A program made the position numbers and the translations under genes. Shown piece after piece: positions 38,717 to 51,613 of a DNA stretch of 52,538 nt (positions are counted from its first letter, which is position 1; each line of letters begins with the position of its first letter). The notes under the pieces were generated by a model that ran no database searches, had not been told where the DNA came from, and worked only from the letters and a program-made list of their open reading frames with translations. The stretch comes from Proteromonas lacertae. Its lineage: Eukaryota. Location: assembly GCA_002245135.1 (NCBI GenBank), contig NGBS01000046.1:1-52538 (forward strand), given 5' to 3'.

Positions 38717-38752
38717 TATATATTACTAATGTTTGTTTTTATTAATTATCGT

Positions 38753-41058
38753 TTATAATTCTTCATATAATTTTTCTATCACATCACCATACCTTGCCTT
38801 AAGTTCTTTTCTTTTCAATTTAAATGTCGGAGTGATTAATCCATTATCTACAGTAAATCCATCTTCATATGATTCTAAGTATATATTCTTTATGATCTCA
38901 TAACCTAATAATCCTTTACTTCTTCCAAATTGATCTAATTCTTTCAATAATAATTTAATCATTTCCTTATTTTCACATAATTCATCAAAATCAAAAGTAT
39001 TAAACTTATTAACTTTAGCAAATTCAATCAATTGATCTTTATTAGGGCAAATAATAGCAATTAAAAATCTATGTTTAGCATTTCCATATATATAAATCTG
39101 TGAAATAATCTCATAACATTTATAGATTGATTCTACTGTTTCAACACAAACGTACTCTCCTTGACTTAATTTCACTATATTTCCAATTCTATCAATAATT
39201 GTAACAGTTCCATTATTATTCCATCTACCAACATCACCACTATGTAACCATCCATTTTCATCAATCTGATTCTTTGTTGATTCTTCATCTTTATAATATC
39301 CTTTAAACACATTACATCCTTTTATCATTACTTCACCACGTGGATATGGTTTATCATTAATACTATAATCTAACTCAGGGATAGATCTGAGTTTTATTTC
39401 GCAATCACAAACTGGAGCTCCAGTATGACCATATGGATATTCATGTCCATTCTTAGTAACTAAAGCAATGGCATGACATTCAGTTAATCCATAACCTTCT
39501 ACCATTGGTGCATTCATACAGACATGCATAAACTCTTTAATATTACTGGATAATGCAGCTGAACCAACGCACATTAATCGAACTCTACCACCCACAGCTT
39601 GTTGGATCTTTTTGAAAACTAGTTTGTCCCAGATTGCTATTCTTTTACCTTCACGACTTGCTAATGTTTGCTGTTTAAATGCATGAGCAATCAATGGTCT
39701 TACTATTAAAATAATAATAATAATTATTATATATACAGAAGAATGGTTTAGTATTAATTTCAGCTATAATATTTTGATATATTTGTTCAAATACACGTGG
39801 TACTCCACATAATACAGTTGGCTTTAAGGCAGCTAAATCATTACGAACTCTTTTGAAATCTCCAGTGTAATAACCAACTCTTCCACCTACAGATAAACCA
39901 GCCAGCTACAATATATTAATATATATATATATATATACATGAACAGTTGTTTCAAATGCATGTGCTAATGGTAAAAACGATAAATAGGTATCACCTTCAA
40001 TGATTGGTCCAGCACTATCCAATAAACTCTTTCCACTTGCAATCATTCCACGATGTGTTAACATCGCACCTTTTGGATTACCCGTTGTTCCACTTGTGTA
40101 TAATATATATGAAACATCATCTGGTTTAGGTTTCCAATTTATAAAATTACTATCCGTTTTGTTATTTTCGAGTTTACCTGCTTCTAATATATCTTCATAA
40201 TTGTAATAATTAATTCCTTCTTTCTTAGGTAATTCGAATAGTTTTTCTCCAAATAATATGATATGTTCTACAGCTGTATCCTTATCCAAACTCTCTAACA
40301 ATGAAGATATCTTTTCATAATTTGTTAATACAACTTTAACTTGTGAATGTTTTAAAACAAAATATAAATCTTTTAATCGATAGGAATCATAGAGTGGAAT
40401 AACCATTAAGGCTTGTGAAAATGCAGCAAATATCCCTAATTCCAATTCTTTACTATTCTTACCAAATACACAGATAGGATCTTGATATTTCAAAAATGGG
40501 AATTTCATTCTTAATCCAATACCAAATTGTGTATATAAATCAACCATTTCTCTATATGTAATCCATTTATATTCACCATAACTTCCATTTGGTAATACAT
40601 CTCTAACTCCCATCACTGTTAAGTCTCCAAACCTGTTTGCTGCTTCTTCTAACTCATCTGGTATTGTTAATATATCTGGCCTATCGGAATAGATGGCTTC
40701 TTCCAAATTATCGAGATGATCAATTCTTCTATAAACAGGGCTTCCATCACTGGTTGATACTTGCTTACCCATAATATCAGTACTCTATTTGTAATATTTG
40801 TATAACGATTAAATAATACTTCTTGTAAGTCTTTCTCGTAATCAAGAGGGGGAAGAGTAATTTCAATATTTTCACAATATTTTTTAAATATTGGATATAC
40901 TATTGAAGTTACTAACAATATAACAGGGGGAATTAATCGAATTATTGACACCTAATGAAATGTTAAACCGGAATAGATACTTCAGGCTGCATAAGTAACC
41001 TTACAGTCATGAACAGTGCCAACATACTAATAATATAGTTCTCTGATTTTAATTGCAT
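38753..41058 (-). CDS. Long-chain acyl-CoA synthetase (ACSL/LACS family)
   Basis: YTSGTTGNPKG, YLSFLPLAHAFE, EGYGLTE, GWLHSGDVGRW, IIDR..KLSQGEYV, LITPTFKLKR. Confidence 0.95.
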
Positions 41059-41178
41059 TGAAAAAATCCTTTTTTCTAAATGTGGAATCAAGCCTTAAAT
41101 CAAACTATTCTTTTACTTCTATGTGTTTTTTATCATTGTTTTAAAAGCAATTTCCTAAATAAAAAAAAGTTTTATTAT

Positions 41179-43565
41179 TTAATAATCTCTTTGTATCAAA
41201 TTATCACTCTCATAACCATCATCATATCCTCCATCATAACCTAATTGGCTTAGATCCATCTCTAAATTACCTAAACCACTTAATTGGCCTGTATTTATCT
41301 CATTATCATAATAAACACTGTCACTAGCACCTTCTTTACAAACTACCTCTATCCAATCTTTATTGTATATTTCAAACTTTCGTTTCATTACAATATCACT
41401 AATATCTCCATTTCCTTCAGTATTATCAATATCAATCAACAATTCACCAACTTCAAATGCAATTCTACCAACTTCTCTATCGTTTGAACACATTAAATCA
41501 CATACATCATAAACAAAACCATTATTATCTTTATTAAACAACAAATCAGCTGTTTCTGGAACTAGTAAAAATCTTTCAATAGTGTATAACAATTGCACAG
41601 CCATTTCACAATCATCGTGTTTTACTTTAAGTAAGCTATTCAAATTACCAATAAGATTATTAGGAATCTCTGTTATTAATATACCAACTTCAGGATCATT
41701 GATCATCATTCCCAATAGTATAACCGTTTGTAGTAGTATATCGTCAGCGCTAAATCCTGGATTTAATAAATTACAACAGAAGGAAACCAAGTCATTTTTA
41801 TCAGCTAAATAAGACCAATTCTTACTATATAAAATAAATAATAATATATATACTCCTTTCCAAGATCTTCTGGTGTTATATTTGACATTATTCCTAACAA
41901 TTCCAACTGTAAATCTTGAGAAATCTCTGGATTAGTCAATAATTTCAACATTGCACTAACATATTTACTATACATTCCTTTATATTTATATATTTTGTCT
42001 TTCTCTAGATTCTCCTGCATTTTACGAGTTATTTCTGTAACATTTCGAATTGATTTCATTAATAATGCATCTTGATTCTTTATTGCTCTAGCTAATAATG
42101 GTTTAAAATATTCTTTATTAATTATAAAATCGACATTATCTATACACCAAGTAACATTCACTAACAAAGCAGCTAATTCACGAGCAAGTTGAGGTTTGGG
42201 GAAGTTTATAACGCATTCACATAAGAAAAGCATTCCTTCACATTGCCCAAATAATGGTTTAATATTATCATCTTGTGACATATTATATAAATACATAAAT
42301 GAAACTTGTCGAAATTGGGGTCTTCTCATCAAATCAGTTACTTTCTTAATGAAATCGCTATCTTTCATTTGTTGTCTAAATTTTGGTTCAAATGATATGT
42401 TATATACAAATCGCATTAATACTTCTAATACAGCTTCACTTTCAGTTGTATCTAATTCCATTATCTTCTTTTTTCCTATTACATTAATCACATCTCTTTC
42501 TAGTAATATATCTATATTTGATCGAACTAAAGATAATCTTCTTAAAAACAGTAATACATAAAGTAATAAATCAGGATTGGTTCTATCTAGTAGAGTGATT
42601 AAAGAGTCAATAATTCCTTTTTTTACACATTTCATTTCGATTAATGCATCTTCGCATAAGTTAATAAGAGTATGTAAACATAATCCAATTAGATTCTCTT
42701 GTTTCTTCTTCCAAATTTTGAATTTCTTTCTTTCTTTTTCATATTCTATACTCTTCTTATCTAATTTCTTTAAATCTCCGCTATTTATATCGTATCTCTT
42801 TATTTCTAAGTTTATTATCTTCACTAGAGTATCATAGATTTTGTATGAATTTAATATAGGATGTGTTTCTGAATAGTGTGAAAAACTACGAAATGTGGAA
42901 ACTATATTGGTTGTTAGATCCATATTCTTAGCAAATTCTTCTTTTAATGTTCTTGCTACAGCACTATATATATATATATTATATTTATTTATTTATACTT
43001 TAATAAGGATTCGTTGTTTAATAATGGTTCTATGTTATAAGGATCATCAGCTAATAGACTAATGGCACGTGTTCCTTGTACCTTTTGTATTACATCATCA
43101 TCGTATAATTTATCTAAATATTCTTCCAACATTTGCATTTGAGCTTCTTCTTCGCTTTGAGGTCCCTTCGTCTCTGCTTCTGCTTTTGATAGGATGTAGT
43201 GCTGTAAATTGAATAATAATTGTTCTAAACGACTCTTTTGTTCTGGTGGGATTAAAGGGATTGATCGCATTATATCAGATGCCTAATAGATTAAAAATAT
43301 TTTTAGACTGTTTATACAAGCTTCATGATGTTGGTACGTGAATCTAATGATACTTTTACTCTATTATAATGATAATAATATTATTCTATACCTTTTATTC
43401 TTTGTTTGTTTGGACATTGGAATTGTAGAACCAATTCTAGTGATTTTAAATTCTTCTAATTCATAAGTCACATTAATTGAAGATGCCTCGCCATCCACTA
43501 CAATATAATACTATTTTCATACAATTCATTTCAATGAATGTCTCTTTTGTTTTAATTTGGGCCAT
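41179..43565 (-). CDS. KIFAP3: Kinesin-2 associated protein KAP3 (ARM repeats)
   Basis: LEEYLDKLYDDDVIQKVQGTRAISLLADDPYNIEPLLNNE, LARTLKEE, KKQENL..LINLCEDALIEMK, LLDRTN..LFLRRLS, DALLMKSIRN, DDCEMAVQLLY, KFEIYNKDWIE. Confidence 0.92.
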
Positions 43566-43668
43566 TTTCTATTACTGTTATAATAATTTTTAAAAATATA
43601 AATTAACCAATCAAATCAAACCATCAAACTGATCAAGTCAAGCTTTTAATCAAATTTTAAATTTTGAA

Positions 43669-45351
43669 ATGTCTGATTTGGTGTTACCAACAGCAGTATC
43701 TCTTCCTAATGGTAGGGATAAGCTTGTTAGTCCATGTAACTCTCCAATAAAAGTATCAAAAGCTCATAAATTACTCTCAAATTTAAGACAGAATCCTTTA
43801 TGCTTTTCACCTGAAAGAAAAAATTCACTTAATTCACAGCAACGATTAGCAGGTTCAAAATTAGGAAAACTAACTCCGCTACCAAATTCAGAAACACCAC
43901 CACCTCTCTCTCCTCCAAGATCAGGTAATTTAAGATCAAGATTCGCAAAGGTATGCAGTCCACCAGCAGCTAGACATCAACGATCACATTTTCTAAGAAA
44001 ACAATATAATCACTCCCTTTCCTGTTTAATAACAAGTGCACCACAATCAAAATGTGTTCATTTAAATACTGATAATGGAGAAATGACATACACACTATCT
44101 GAAGGAAAACGAGATACAAAAGAATATTATCCAGAGAAAATTCCAGAAATAGAAATACCAGTAATGCCAGAATATAAATCCTCTAAATCAGCTATACCTC
44201 CACCTCCTTTAAATGATCAAACTGAAATTTTAACTTGTGATGATTGTCTTGCAAATGATCAGTTCACTAACCTCCATTTATCTATAATAAACCATCACGA
44301 TGAGTGTTTTAATAAAATACTAGCGAATAACACTAATATAACAGACTTAGAAAGTTGTGATAAAGTAGATCATCGAACAGCTATACACTTATGTTGTATA
44401 TATGGATATAATGATTATTTAGAGAAATTAATTAATAAAGGAATAAGAATAACATATATAGATAACTATGGCTTTACACCATTACATTTAGCCTGTATAA
44501 ATAATCATCTAGAATGTATAAAATTAGTATTGAAGTATATTGGAGAATGGATTGATATTGGTGATAATAATGGTAATACTGCACTTCATTATACTATCTA
44601 TCAATCTTACTATGAAGCTACAGAATTGATATTACAACAACAGCAACAGCAACAACAACAACAACAACAACAGAATGAAGATGATGATAATTTAAGTGTA
44701 AATAGTGATAATAGCAATGAATACAATAATAATAATAATAATAATAAATTAAATATAATAAAATCAAATAAAGAAGGAATTACTCCGCTTCATTTGGTTA
44801 CCAAGATCGATATATTGAAATTATTAATAAAATATGATTCTAATTTTAACATTTGTATAACTGATTATTGTAAAAGAACTGCATTACATACTAGTTGTTT
44901 AAGAAGTGATAATGAAATGTTGATTTTTCTATTAAGATTATCTACTATTTATAGAATATTAAACTATCAAGACATTGATGGTAATACCGCCTTGCATGTT
45001 GCTTGTAAAGTAGAATGTTATGATTGTATAGAGACACTATTGAAGTATAATGCAAGTCATTTATTACTGAACCAGAATAAAGAAACTGCAGTTGATATTA
45101 TTATGAAAACTAAAAATACTAAGTGTATTGATTTGGTCAATCAGTATGTAAATAGAGGATTAGTGTTTGATCCTTCTAAAAAGCATGAAAGTAAAGAAGA
45201 AAAGGAGAATGATAAGAAAAATAATGTTATTGGATGGAGTGAACATACAGATGAAGATAGTGGGTCACAGTATTGGTATAACGAGATTACAGGGGAATCT
45301 ACTTGGTATAAACCCCAAGGATTTGTGAATCCAAATGAATCTAAAGAATAG
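43669..45351 (+). CDS. Ankyrin-repeat protein with C-terminal WW domain
   Basis: Repeated G-x-T(P/A)LH motifs; WSEHTDEDSGSQYWYNEITGESTWYKP; intronless. Confidence 0.92.
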   Translation: MSDLVLPTAVSLPNGRDKLVSPCNSPIKVSKAHKLLSNLRQNPLCFSPERKNSLNSQQRLAGSKLGKLTPLPNSETPPPLSPPRSGNLRSRFAKVCSPPAARHQRSHFLRKQYNHSLSCLITSAPQSKCVHLNTDNGEMTYTLSEGKRDTKEYYPEKIPEIEIPVMPEYKSSKSAIPPPPLNDQTEILTCDDCLANDQFTNLHLSIINHHDECFNKILANNTNITDLESCDKVDHRTAIHLCCIYGYNDYLEKLINKGIRITYIDNYGFTPLHLACINNHLECIKLVLKYIGEWIDIGDNNGNTALHYTIYQSYYEATELILQQQQQQQQQQQQQNEDDDNLSVNSDNSNEYNNNNNNNKLNIIKSNKEGITPLHLVTKIDILKLLIKYDSNFNICITDYCKRTALHTSCLRSDNEMLIFLLRLSTIYRILNYQDIDGNTALHVACKVECYDCIETLLKYNASHLLLNQNKETAVDIIMKTKNTKCIDLVNQYVNRGLVFDPSKKHESKEEKENDKKNNVIGWSEHTDEDSGSQYWYNEITGESTWYKPQGFVNPNESKE

Positions 45352-45440
45352 TAATATAATTTTATATTTTTAAATGTTAAAACTATGTTTTTATTTGCTT
45401 TTTATTTAAATATAATTTGATGTTGGTTTGATATTCTAAT

Positions 45441-46649
45441 ATGAAAATTGTTGTTTTTACCTTATTGATAATCGTTGTTCAGTCAGAAAATACATATTCC
45501 AAAGTTTCATTTGATGATAACTTAATCAGAAATACAGGAATTCATTTTGCAACATTTCATAATGTGTGTATAGATAATAAGCCAGATTCTATGTTTATTA
45601 ATATCATTTACTATATTAATAATATGGAAGACTTTTATTCAATCGGTTATTATCTACTTGATCATAGATTGGGATTTTTGTCAGACAGTATATCTTTTCA
45701 TCTATCATCCTATCCTAATTATCATATTTATAATGATAGTAATATATGGTTATCTCGTGGTTGTTGCTTTACTATTTCTCATTTTATGGATTTTGTTAGT
45801 TTTTGGATTATGAATCAAAATTCATCATTATATCCATCAATTGATAGTTTGATCTTTACTCAATTTCAGCCAAATACATTCTATGAATATCATACTGTTT
45901 TGTATAATATGTTTATACAAAAGAAAGTGAAAGTGAAATTTGCTTATGATTTGAATAAATTGATGAGAAAGAATGGAATTATTTGTTTTAAAAAGATGTA
46001 TTATATGATAAGAAGTGAAAATGGTAATTATGGTATGATATATAGAAATATAAAAGTAAGAAAACAATTCAGAGATCATTGTTATAAAAATATGAAATTG
46101 GAATATTCAAAAATTGAGAATATAAACTGTTTGTTTATCTATAGAAAGGCAAAACTTGCAAACAGAATTTTAACAAATCAAAAAGTTGTGTTGAAAATGA
46201 TGAAATTAATGGGATTGGATGTAAAAGTAACATATTTTGATGGAAAAAGTGTAAAAGAACAAATAAATATTATTAAGGATGTAAATCTCATAATTAATGT
46301 ATATGGAAGTTCACTTACTAATTTGTTGTGGTTAAGTAGTAACAAAGCATTTGTAATTGAGTTAACAGGTATCTATAGTTTTAGTGATTTTCCAAGATAT
46401 ACAATTGTAAATGGTTATGTTTATATTTCACTTTTCACCGCACATCATTCAATTGATTATAATAGTATTTATTATGATGATCTATTTGAAACTTTCCCTT
46501 GTTTTCATCAAAGTGTAGAGTATAGTCACCCTTTATTTATAACAAGTGGATATAATATTACTACTTCATTACACCAATTGAAAAATGCATTATATTATGG
46601 AATTAATTATTTAAAATTTTCATTTTCTTACAATAAATTCATCAAATAA
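45441..46649 (+). CDS. Secreted glycosyltransferase family 61 (EOGT/DUF563)-like protein
   Basis: N-terminal signal-like peptide; IYR..NRILTNQ..SVKEQINIIKDVNLIINVYGSSLTNLLWL..VIEL matches the GT61 C-terminal pattern; intronless. Confidence 0.75.
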   Translation: MKIVVFTLLIIVVQSENTYSKVSFDDNLIRNTGIHFATFHNVCIDNKPDSMFINIIYYINNMEDFYSIGYYLLDHRLGFLSDSISFHLSSYPNYHIYNDSNIWLSRGCCFTISHFMDFVSFWIMNQNSSLYPSIDSLIFTQFQPNTFYEYHTVLYNMFIQKKVKVKFAYDLNKLMRKNGIICFKKMYYMIRSENGNYGMIYRNIKVRKQFRDHCYKNMKLEYSKIENINCLFIYRKAKLANRILTNQKVVLKMMKLMGLDVKVTYFDGKSVKEQINIIKDVNLIINVYGSSLTNLLWLSSNKAFVIELTGIYSFSDFPRYTIVNGYVYISLFTAHHSIDYNSIYYDDLFETFPCFHQSVEYSHPLFITSGYNITTSLHQLKNALYYGINYLKFSFSYNKFIK

Positions 46650-46675
46650 ATAAGATAAGATTTAATTTATGTGAT

Positions 46676-48520
46676 TTATTTTATTTTTCTGTTTTTGAAT
46701 TTTTTAATTCTTTTATTTGATTTAGGTGGTTGATTAGGTTTTAATTTAATTACAGTTTTGTTGTTTGACATTGCAGAAATAACTGATTCATTATCACTCA
46801 CTGAACTACTGATTGTAGTAGTAGTAGTTGTTGTTGTTGTTTCACTTGTCCTTTTATTATTATTATTATTATTATCAGAGGAAACTGAAGGAATAACAAC
46901 AGGTTGATTAGCAGATCCAGTCAATTTCCCATTTCTAAACACTTCTGACAATCTTTTCCATCCTTTTGATTGTCTTCTTGGAGCTATAATCTTTGGAGGT
47001 GGTGGTTTGGGTGTATAAACTGGAGTATTAACAGCAGAATTATCTCTATTGAAAGTATCATTTCCATCAAAATCATCATCATCATCATCAATATCTTTAT
47101 AATCATTTATTTCTCTTCCTCTAATCTCTAAGGATGGTTTATAATCATCATCTTTATTCAATTCATGTTTTAAGGAAGAAATCACTCTATTTTGAACATC
47201 AATTCTTTTCATCAATTGGTCAATTCTCATTTGAGAAATATGTAATTTTTGTGCATAATCTGTTGCTAAAGCCATTGCTCCTTTGTGAAATAACATATTC
47301 TGTTTTCGAGTGTTTGAGGGAGGCTTGTCTGTTATTAATTTATTCTTTTTCTCAGCTTGGAATTGTGATTCAGGAGCAGTTGGTTTTAAAAGATTCTTAG
47401 GTTTTGCTAATTCAATTAATCGATTTGTCTTTTCTTTTTCTTTGTCTTTCTCCTTTTCAATTTCTTCTTTTTCTTCTTTTATTTCTACTAATAGAGAAAC
47501 AACAGAATCAAGAGGAACTTGAATATTTTTTGTGTCTTCTTTAGCTTCAGGTAAATTCACTGATGTATGATTTATAACTATTGAATTTGGTGTTTGAATA
47601 TTATTATTATTATTATCAGTTGTTGTTGTTGTTGTTGTTGTTGAAGTGTTTTGCTTTGATTTTGATAGAGTTAATTGAGGATTCATAGGTGGAGGAATTT
47701 GGTTAGAATTATAATGATATTTATATTTCAGTCTATTTAATTCATTTAATAACATTTTATTTTCTTTTTTTAGTCTTTTTATTTTGTTAAATAATTCCAT
47801 TATATAATCAAAATCAATAAATTCTTCTTCATTTAATAAAAATAAAATTCCTTCTACTGTATCATCAACTGTTGTTTTTACTTTACTTATACTTTTCACA
47901 TCTAATAGTTTTTCATTCGGATTTCTCATTATTATATCTGTTTTATAGTTTATTAAGTCTTTTAACTCTTCAATACATTCTAAATAACTACTATTTTCAT
48001 TTTTTATTTCTTCTTCACACACTTCTAATAATTCTTTTATTTCTTCAACTGATGTATCATCATTTATTGTTCTTCCTAATTCTTCTAGTTTCTCTCTTAT
48101 ATTATTATTTCCATAATTAATTGTATTTAATACTCTTGTTTTTAGTTTTAAAGTTAATGGCAATTCATTGAATATTTTGGATAATAAATTGTAATTCTTA
48201 TTTCTCTCATTCTTTTCATTTTCATAATTATTATCATCATCAATTAATACTTCATTTTCAAAACTTGTTTGATTTGAAGAATTTGCCTTTTCTACAAATT
48301 TTGATTTATTGTTATTACTAAGTGTTCTATATACTTCTTCATTTGTAATGGTTTCGGATGTTGATAATGGATCAAAGAAATCATCAGTTTGACATTCTTT
48401 TTCTATTGATACATATTCTTTTTCAGCATTTGTTTCTTTTATATTTATATGAAATGAAGGAGGTAATGTTTTATCTTTATCATTATCTTTCATATATCCA
48501 AATAAATTCTATATTTTTAA

Positions 48521-48551
<31 letters not shown>

Positions 48552-49364
48552 TATACATCAGTTACTTCTTTCAATTGAGCTTCTACTCTTTTATATTCTT
48601 TATCACTTTGAATCATCAATTTATCCACTTTCTTCAATGTATTTTCAACATCATCATCTTCACCAGCATTTTCCTTTAACAATCTCTTCAATTCAACTGC
48701 ATGGCAAAACCTTCTAATATTTAATGCTCTCAATTTGTCCTGCTCTTTGATAATATATTCTAGCTTTTCTTCTGGGTTTAATTCACACAGTAATTCATTT
48801 AATTCTCGTTTTTGTAATATCATATTCACTGAATGACTAACATCTAAATCTTCTTGATTTTTCATTAATAATGTTTCTATTCTTTTATTGGTTGTTTTTA
48901 GTAGGTTTAAATGTGTATCTAAAATTTCATTATATTCTTTATCATCTAAAATATTTTCACTTTTCTCTTTTTGTCTTTTCAAGATTTTCTCTAAGTGATC
49001 TGTTCCTTCTGCTGCACTTAGACTTTCCAATTCTTTGAAATTTCTTTCTACTGTATCTACTCTTTCTTTAGATTCTTTTAAACACTCTATCATTCTATCA
49101 TGACAAAATTTTTCATCTATTGACAATAAACATTCTTCTAATTGATCTCTCAATTTTAAACGATTTATTTCATTTTTGAGATTCTTCACTAGTGCATTTC
49201 CAACTCCACTTACTGTTTCATTTATTTCTTGTCTCAGTTGATAGGATACTGGACATCCGATCGGTTTATGAGTATTTCCCATTCCTACACCAACAGTCTC
49301 TAACAAATAAAAGAAATTAGAAAATACGAAAATGCTGAGAAGGTAACTCATATCTTGCTTTCAT
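46676..49364 (-). CDS. Uncharacterised coiled-coil protein, 2 introns
   Basis: ORFs 48509..49351 and 46676..48493 join in frame over a GTAT-AG intron (~48509-48556); short first exon MKARYELPSQHF. Confidence 0.75.
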
Positions 49365-49566
49365 TGTTTATGTATTTCTTATACAATATTAGTTCATAAA
49401 TTTAAATTAAATGAAATACAAATAGAATATGTATTGAATTGTATTGATGTGTATTAGAAACAATTGATAATAAAGGTTTTTTAAATCACTATACACAAAC
49501 CGTTTTTATTATTTATCGTTTTTTAATTTATTAACTCAGTATGAATTGCATTAATTTATTGTAGAG

Positions 49567-50671
49567 ATGGATATGGTAAATCCCTATACTAGAAATCAAT
49601 TGGTGAAAAAACCTGCACCGCACAGTGAACCAATTGATAATGTCTCTATTAAAATTATACCCAAAGAAAGAAAAAACAAAGAAACTGCATCATGTTTTGA
49701 TACTACTGGATTACAAACAAAAGTATATATTTTTTGTTTATTAACCAAATTATATAGAAACGACCAGGAGATTTAACAAAAAAATATACAACCTTCAAAA
49801 AAGACGATGATGGATTTGCAGAACATATAACAACTCAAAAACCAGATCCAAGACGTTGGTTGACAAAAGGCACAGGAACAGGAGGTTTAGCTGGTACTCA
49901 AGCCAAAGAAATAGTATTTATATATTTTTATATTGTTATAAATAGATATTAGAAGAACATGGACCAATGTTAATTAAAAAACCACATCCACCACCAGCAG
50001 GTGCAAGAGCTGCTCGTATCAATCCACCCAATACAGATTTCAGAAGATTCTACGAAAGAGGTGACTTACCAGTGTATTTACAAGGAACAGGAAAGGCAAG
50101 TTTGAAATGGAAGGTGAATGATATAAAATTATTGGATTATCACCATTATTTACCTTTATTCTTTGATGGTCTTCGTGAAATTGAACATCCATATAGTACA
50201 ATAGCTGAATTAGGAACGATTGACTTATTGGAGAAAGGTGGAGCAAAGAGAGTACTACCAGTTATTCCACAATTAATTATACCAATTAAAAGTATATATT
50301 ATATATCATATTTATGTTAATTAGACGCATTGAACAGTAGAGATGCTTTAGTCATCGTAAAGACATTGCGAATAATTAGAATATTAATAGAAGTGGATCA
50401 ACCTATTCCAGGTGAGGATAACGAAGAAAGAACAGGATTAATTGGATTATCATTAGTTCCATATTACAGACAAATATTACCAATATTAAACATATTTTAT
50501 TCAAAGAATATTAACATTGGAGATCAAATCGATTACCATCAACAGAAGCATGACAATATTGGTGATTTAATTCAAGATACACTAGAACTATTAGAACAAA
50601 CAGGAGGAGAAGATGCATTCATAAATATAAAGTATTTAGTTCCAACATATCAAAGTGTTCTTATTAATTAA
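49567..50671 (+). CDS. PACRG: Parkin co-regulated gene protein (axonemal inner junction), with N-terminal extension
   Basis: [87 protein letters not shown]. Confidence 0.97.
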
Positions 50672-50787
50672 TTGTTAATTCAACTCTTTTTTTAAATAAA
50701 ATATTATATATAATACTTGGTGGTTTTGATTTTATTGTACATACAAATATATATTACAAAAAATGAATTAAATTAATAAATAATCTA

Positions 50788-51613
50788 TTAATCTCTTCTA
50801 TTCCTACTTCTACTTCTACCCCTTGATCTATTTCTATTTCTACTTCTGCTTCTTGATCTATCTCTATTATCTCTTCTGGTAGATGAATTATAACTACTCT
50901 TTGAATATGAATTATTATCATTTCTATAATTATTAAAATTCCTTGAACTAATATTATCATATCTTTCTGGTTGTTGTTGTTTAGTCTCTATTTTAAATTT
51001 ATTCTCAGCATAAAGTTTCTTATTGAATGGAGCATTAAATGGTCTATCTCTTCCTCCAAATCTCAATTGTCCTGATTCTTTCTTCCCTGATAAACCTCCA
51101 CCCACTCTTCTAGGCTTAAAACCAGGCATTTCTAAAGCTCGCGCATAATCTACTAATATTCTATAATCATCGATTTGCTTTCTATGCCCTTTTCTAAATG
51201 CTACACGATAATCTGAACTTCTAGTAAATTCTACAAAAGCATATCCTTTTGATGCACCTGTTACGACGTCTCTTATTAATTTCACTCTTTTTACTTGACC
51301 AAATCGAGAAAAAAATTCTTTAAGTGTATCTTCCGTTGTTATATAACTATTTTAAAACTTAGAATTAATATAATACTTCAATCTAGAGACAAATAAAGTC
51401 AATAAAGGATTTCCTTTGATATTAGAATCACTTTCAGGTTTATCTAAATAATTTTGTTATAATTAATATATTTATACAATTATATTTAAGAGCTCTGACT
51501 AAACCTTTATCATGAGGTTTTTCATCAGTTCCATCAATGCTACCATTCTTAATACAGTCATAAACATGAGAGTACCAACGTCCTAGAGGTGGCCTATCAT
51601 TGTAAAATGACAT
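50788..51613 (-). CDS. SNRNP35: U11/U12 snRNP 35-kDa protein (minor spliceosome RRM protein with RS tail)
   Basis: GSIDGTDEKPHDKGLVRA, GNPLLTLFVSRL, RDVVTGASKGYAFVEF, PRRVGGGLSGKKESGQLRFGGRDRPF. Confidence 0.93.

Noticed and set aside
6665..51613. Blastocystis-style stop codons completed by polyadenylation
   Set aside because: Every gene whose 3' end I could trace has a complete genomic stop codon.
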